Shown: piece after piece, positions 39,153-42,273 of the stretch
Layout: every line of letters starts with the position of its first letter
Position numbering within the stretch: position 1 is the first letter of the stretch
NCBI GenBank assembly: GCA_041556275.1
Contig: JBFFIU010000002.1
Coordinates: 1-42,273 of the forward strand
DNA: 42,273 nt
Reading direction: 5' to 3'
From: Anaerolineales bacterium
GTDB taxonomy: Bacteria > Chloroflexota > Anaerolineae > Anaerolineales > UBA4823
The notes under the pieces: generated by a model
What the model saw: only the letters and a program-made list of their open reading frames with translations
Databases searched by the model: none
What the model was told of the DNA's origin: nothing
Program-made: the position numbers and the translations under genes

Positions 39153-39989
39153 TTATCGCCTCTTCTTGCGTCGTCGACGAACGATGTATTTTTCAGTCGA
39201 TTTGTTGCGCCTGGTTTTCTTTCCTAATGTAGGTTTACCCCAGGGACTTTTCGGTCCTGGTAATCCAATCGGTTGGCGACCTTCACCACCACCGTGCGGA
39301 TGATCGCGTGGGCTCATCGCAGATCCGCGCACTGTGGGCCTAATCCCTTTGTGTCTCTTTCGGCCAGCTTTGCCAAGTTTTATATTGCTGTTATCGAGGT
39401 TACCAACTTGCCCAATGGTGGCATAGCAAGTCTGCCTCACAAGTCGAACTTCTCCTGATGGCAGCCGAAACTGAGCATAATCTCCTTCTTTTGCCAGTAA
39501 TTGGGCTGATCCACCTGCAGCACGCACAAGTTGTCCACCCCGACCTTCCTTGAGTTCGATATTGTGAACTAAGGTGCCGACCGGGATATTAGCGATTGGT
39601 AGGCTGTTCCCAGGTCGAATCTCTGCCTGGGGTCCGGACTCAACCATATCATCTACTCGCAGATTTAAAGGTGCAATTATATATCGTTTTTCACCATCAA
39701 CATAATGCAGTAATGCAATGCGGGCAGTGCGATTGGGATCGTATTCAATAGCAGCGACGCGGGCAGGAATTCCATGTTTGTTTCGTTTGAAATCTACCTG
39801 TCGGATGTGTCGCCGATGTCCACCACCGCGATGCCGGACGGTAATCCGTCCATACATATTTCTTCCGCTCGTCCGTCGTTTGGGAATGATTAATGAACGT
39901 TCCGGTTTCGTTTTGGTAATTTCTTCGAAGGTATGACCGGTCATGCCCCTCAAACTTGGGGTGACTGGTTTATATTTTTTCACTGCCAT
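39153..39989 (-). CDS. rplB: 50S ribosomal protein L2
   Basis: [43 protein letters not shown]. Confidence 0.97.
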   Translation of the reverse strand: MAVKKYKPVTPSLRGMTGHTFEEITKTKPERSLIIPKRRTSGRNMYGRITVRHRGGGHRRHIRQVDFKRNKHGIPARVAAIEYDPNRTARIALLHYVDGEKRYIIAPLNLRVDDMVESGPQAEIRPGNSLPIANIPVGTLVHNIELKEGRGGQLVRAAGGSAQLLAKEGDYAQFRLPSGEVRLVRQTCYATIGQVGNLDNSNIKLGKAGRKRHKGIRPTVRGSAMSPRDHPHGGGEGRQPIGLPGPKSPWGKPTLGKKTRRNKSTEKYIVRRRRKKRR

Positions 39990-40291
39990 TAACGTACTCC
40001 TTCGAATAAATCGATATTTTCACCAGGGGCCAAGGTGACAATTGCTTTCTTATAAGCACTCCGTCTAACCATGACACGCCGATTCCGCCAGCGCCGACTG
40101 CGCTTGGCTGGTACTTTGATAATATTCACCCGGTCCACGTCAACATCAAACGTGATTTCCACGGCATCTTTAACCATTTGCTTGTTTGCATCGATAGACA
40201 CCTCAAAAACGTATTGATTGAGTTCGCCGGCCTGATAATTCGATTTTTCAGTGATGATTGGGCGGCGGAGAACATCATGTATCGTAGACAT
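39989..40291 (-). CDS. rplW: 50S ribosomal protein L23
   Basis: [15 protein letters not shown]...[29 protein letters not shown] overlap with the rplB start. Confidence 0.96.
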   Translation of the reverse strand: MSTIHDVLRRPIITEKSNYQAGELNQYVFEVSIDANKQMVKDAVEITFDVDVDRVNIIKVPAKRSRRWRNRRVMVRRSAYKKAIVTLAPGENIDLFEGVR

Positions 40292-40298
40292 ATTTTTT

Positions 40299-40940
40299 TT
40301 ACTCCTTTTCCTTCCCTAAATATGACTCGATAACATCTAAAGCGGCCATGGGGATAATAACCTTATCGAAGCCAAGTAAATCCCGAATATTCATATAGTT
40401 TGCCAGGAGCAATTTTGTATCTGGCAAGTTATTTGCCGCTTGGCTGACCATGTCATATTTCTCATTCTTCTCAGGGATGATAACCAATACACTCGATTCA
40501 CCGACTAATGTACGCAACAATTCGCCCATAAAGCGTGTTTTCGGCTCGGGAAGGGTAAGATCATCTAAAACAACGATTGCTTGATCGGATGCTTTCACGG
40601 AAAGCGCAGAGCGTAATGCTGCCCGGCGCATCTTACGCGGCATTTTGATCGAATAATCACGTGGTTTTGGAGTATGAACCTTACCACCGCCAACCCATTG
40701 CGGAGATCGGATCGAGCCCTGACGGGCTCGGCCTGTTCCCTTCTGGCGCCACGGCTTCCTGCCTCCACCGGACACTTCACCGCGACTCTTAGTGCTATGG
40801 GTACCTTGCCTGGCGTTCGCCATTTGACGTATATATGCTTGATACATCAAATCTGTATTTATTGGGGCTTCGAAGATCGTGGTCGATAAATCAACCGTAT
40901 TCACTTTCTGCCCCTCAGAATTCAAAACATCAACTTTCAT
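40299..40940 (-). CDS. rplD: 50S ribosomal protein L4
   Basis: [29 protein letters not shown]. Start trimmed to ATG 40940 ([11 protein letters not shown]), with GGAG lying 9 nt upstream. The track start at 40955 abuts the rplC stop. Confidence 0.95.
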   Translation of the reverse strand: MKVDVLNSEGQKVNTVDLSTTIFEAPINTDLMYQAYIRQMANARQGTHSTKSRGEVSGGGRKPWRQKGTGRARQGSIRSPQWVGGGKVHTPKPRDYSIKMPRKMRRAALRSALSVKASDQAIVVLDDLTLPEPKTRFMGELLRTLVGESSVLVIIPEKNEKYDMVSQAANNLPDTKLLLANYMNIRDLLGFDKVIIPMAALDVIESYLGKEKE

Positions 40941-40955
40941 AGTTTTTAACTCCAA

Positions 40956-41588
40956 TTACCTCTTGCGGGCTTCTTTGATCATTAATACGGCGCCTTTTGG
41001 ACCCGGGACTGCCCCGCGAACTCCTAATAAATTTCGATCGACGTCCACATATTCAACGCGCAAGTTTTGGACAGTAACACGTTCAAATCCCATGTGACCA
41101 GGACCACGCATTCCTTTAAAGACGCGACCCGGCGTTGTCGTTGCACCAATTGAACCGGGTGCCCGTAATCGATCGGATTGTCCATGCGTTTTTGGTCCAC
41201 CCGCAAACCCATGACGTTTTACGGTGCCCTGAAATCCTTTACCTTTGCTGGTTCCGGTTACATCAACTCGTTCTCCGACATTAAAGATTTCGTTGACAAC
41301 CAATTTATCACCTTCATTGACTTCAGGATCTTTCACGCGGAATTCACGTAAAAAGCGCAAAGGGGGTAATTCATTGCGCTTCAAATGACCCAATTGGCCT
41401 CCGGTCAGACGTTTCGGTTTGATTTCTTCGAAACCCAACTGCACTGCGCTATATCCCTCATTTTGTGGGGAACGAACCTGAGTTACATAGCAAGGCCCAG
41501 CTTCGATAAGCGTCACCGGCACGGCAAGTCCATTCTCATCGAAAATCTGGGTCATCCCGATTTTCTTTCCAATAAGCCCTTTTATCAT
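40956..41588 (-). CDS. rplC: 50S ribosomal protein L3
   Basis: [55 protein letters not shown] lies 9 nt upstream. Confidence 0.97.
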   Translation of the reverse strand: MIKGLIGKKIGMTQIFDENGLAVPVTLIEAGPCYVTQVRSPQNEGYSAVQLGFEEIKPKRLTGGQLGHLKRNELPPLRFLREFRVKDPEVNEGDKLVVNEIFNVGERVDVTGTSKGKGFQGTVKRHGFAGGPKTHGQSDRLRAPGSIGATTTPGRVFKGMRGPGHMGFERVTVQNLRVEYVDVDRNLLGVRGAVPGPKGAVLMIKEARKR

Positions 41589-41806
41589 CTCAATTTACTC
41601 CTACTTGATAATTTCAGGGACTGCTAGCCTGGGCTAGGCTGCATCATCCCTAGGTCAGCGCAGTCAATCAGTCTGCCGAAAAATCCTGGATTTTCCTTTT
41701 TCGTACAATCCTGTTCTTACGCTGCCTGTCTATCTTCAAAAAGATCAAGAATCTTGCAGATTTCGCAGATAACACCCTTTGCAGAAGATAACTCAACTCC
41801 TTCACG

Positions 41807-42115
41807 CTAGATCTTGATTTCAATATCGACACCTGCAGGTAAATTTAAACGCATCAGCATATCGATAGTTTTCGAGTCTGGATCGAGTACATCGATCAAA
41901 CGATTGTGAGTACGAATTTCAAAATGCTCATGCGAATCTTTGTCAATAAACGTTGAACGGCGAACCGTAAATCTTTCAATCTTGGTAGGTAAAGGTACCG
42001 GACCGACTACCCGAGCACCAGTTCGCTCTGCAGTTTCAACAATACGTTTTGCAGATTGGTCAAGTACACGGTGATCGTAGGCTTTCAAGCGGATTCGAAT
42101 TTTCTGCTTTGCCAT
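41807..42115 (-). CDS. rpsJ: 30S ribosomal protein S10
   Basis: [44 protein letters not shown] ... RLIDV. Confidence 0.97.
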   Translation of the reverse strand: MAKQKIRIRLKAYDHRVLDQSAKRIVETAERTGARVVGPVPLPTKIERFTVRRSTFIDKDSHEHFEIRTHNRLIDVLDPDSKTIDMLMRLNLPAGVDIEIKI

Positions 42116-42122
42116 AATTCAC

Positions 42123-42273
42123 CTATTCAATGATCTCGGTGATCACACCTGCGCCAACGGTCAGACCGCCTTCGCGAATGGCGAACTTGGAGCCCTGCTC
42201 CAGCGCCACCGGCACGATCAACTCCACTTCCAGGTTGACGTTGTCGCCAGGCATCACCATCTCGACCCCTTCC
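42123..42273 (-). CDS. tuf: elongation factor Tu, C-terminal 49 codons (runs off the right edge)
   Basis: Absent from the ORF track because it is edge-truncated. My minus-strand translation reads [49 protein letters not shown], then TAG at 42125-42123. This matches the EF-Tu domain III C-terminus. The rpsJ ATG follows 7 nt later. Confidence 0.92.
   Translation of the reverse strand, partial: EGVEMVMPGDNVNLEVELIVPVALEQGSKFAIREGGLTVGAGVITEIIE

Noticed and set aside
41668-41805. 45-codon GTG-initiated ORF (VKELSYLLQRVLSAKSARFLIFLKIDRQRKNRIVRKRKIQDFSAD) inside the rpsJ-rplC spacer
   Set aside because: It has no SD upstream of the GTG, which lies 1 nt after the rpsJ stop, and no recognisable family. 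RNA structure seems the more likely reason for the spacer. It remains testable by conservation analysis.
1-42273. Whole-window scan for CRISPR repeats, tRNA/rRNA genes, transposase/integrase/phage genes, toxin-antitoxin pairs and defence-island-like genes
   Set aside because: None were seen by eye. All large ORFs are accounted for by housekeeping functions or the three small hypotheticals listed. A computational repeat and ncRNA scan would be needed to exclude short or degenerate elements.

Overview
This 42.3-kb window is almost entirely conserved housekeeping DNA, mostly transcribed on the minus strand. From 42273 down to 24947 (minus) lie the 3' end of tuf and the S10-spc-alpha ribosomal superoperon: rpsJ rplC rplD rplW rplB rpsS rplV rpsC rplP rpmC rpsQ rplN rplX rplE rpsN(type Z) rpsH rplF rplR rpsE rpmD rplO secY adk map rpmJ rpsM rpsK rpsD rpoA rplQ. 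It is followed by truA-rplM-rpsI. From 12863 down to 1 (minus) lies a division/cell-wall (dcw) cluster: mraZ rsmH ftsL-like ftsI murF mraY murD ftsW murG cvpA-like murC, a small ORF, and the 5' part of murB. The ~12 kb between these blocks carries a class-V aminotransferase, NADP malic enzyme, recX, rny (RNase Y), an MBL-fold hydrolase, a tryptophanase/tyrosine-phenol-lyase family enzyme, a YabN-type methylase-MazG fusion and three proteins I cannot assign. The gene content and order (RNase Y, type-Z S14, truA-rplM-rpsI, YabN-like MazG) look Terrabacteria-like (Firmicutes/Chloroflexi type); this is inference only. I saw no rRNA or tRNA genes, CRISPR arrays, transposases, integrases, phage genes or recognisable defence or toxin genes, so I do not think the window holds a large novel system. 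The items worth a second look are small. They are a sharp codon-usage/GC switch at the tuf-rpsJ boundary; an unusually long (218 nt), structured, repeat-bearing spacer between rpsJ and rplC; an unassigned 58-codon ORF tightly coupled between murC and murB; a tnaA-like lyase followed by a Cys4 mini-protein and a small 4-TM protein; an 83-nt ftsW/murG overlap; a phased GTG-repeat operator-like array at the mraZ promoter; and a 627-nt AT-rich region upstream of a recX that lacks recA. ORF-track starts were trimmed where conserved N-termini, Shine-Dalgarno (SD) sequences or stop/start coupling supported it. Three genes missing from the track were read by hand: the edge-truncated murB and tuf, and the 37-aa rpmJ.
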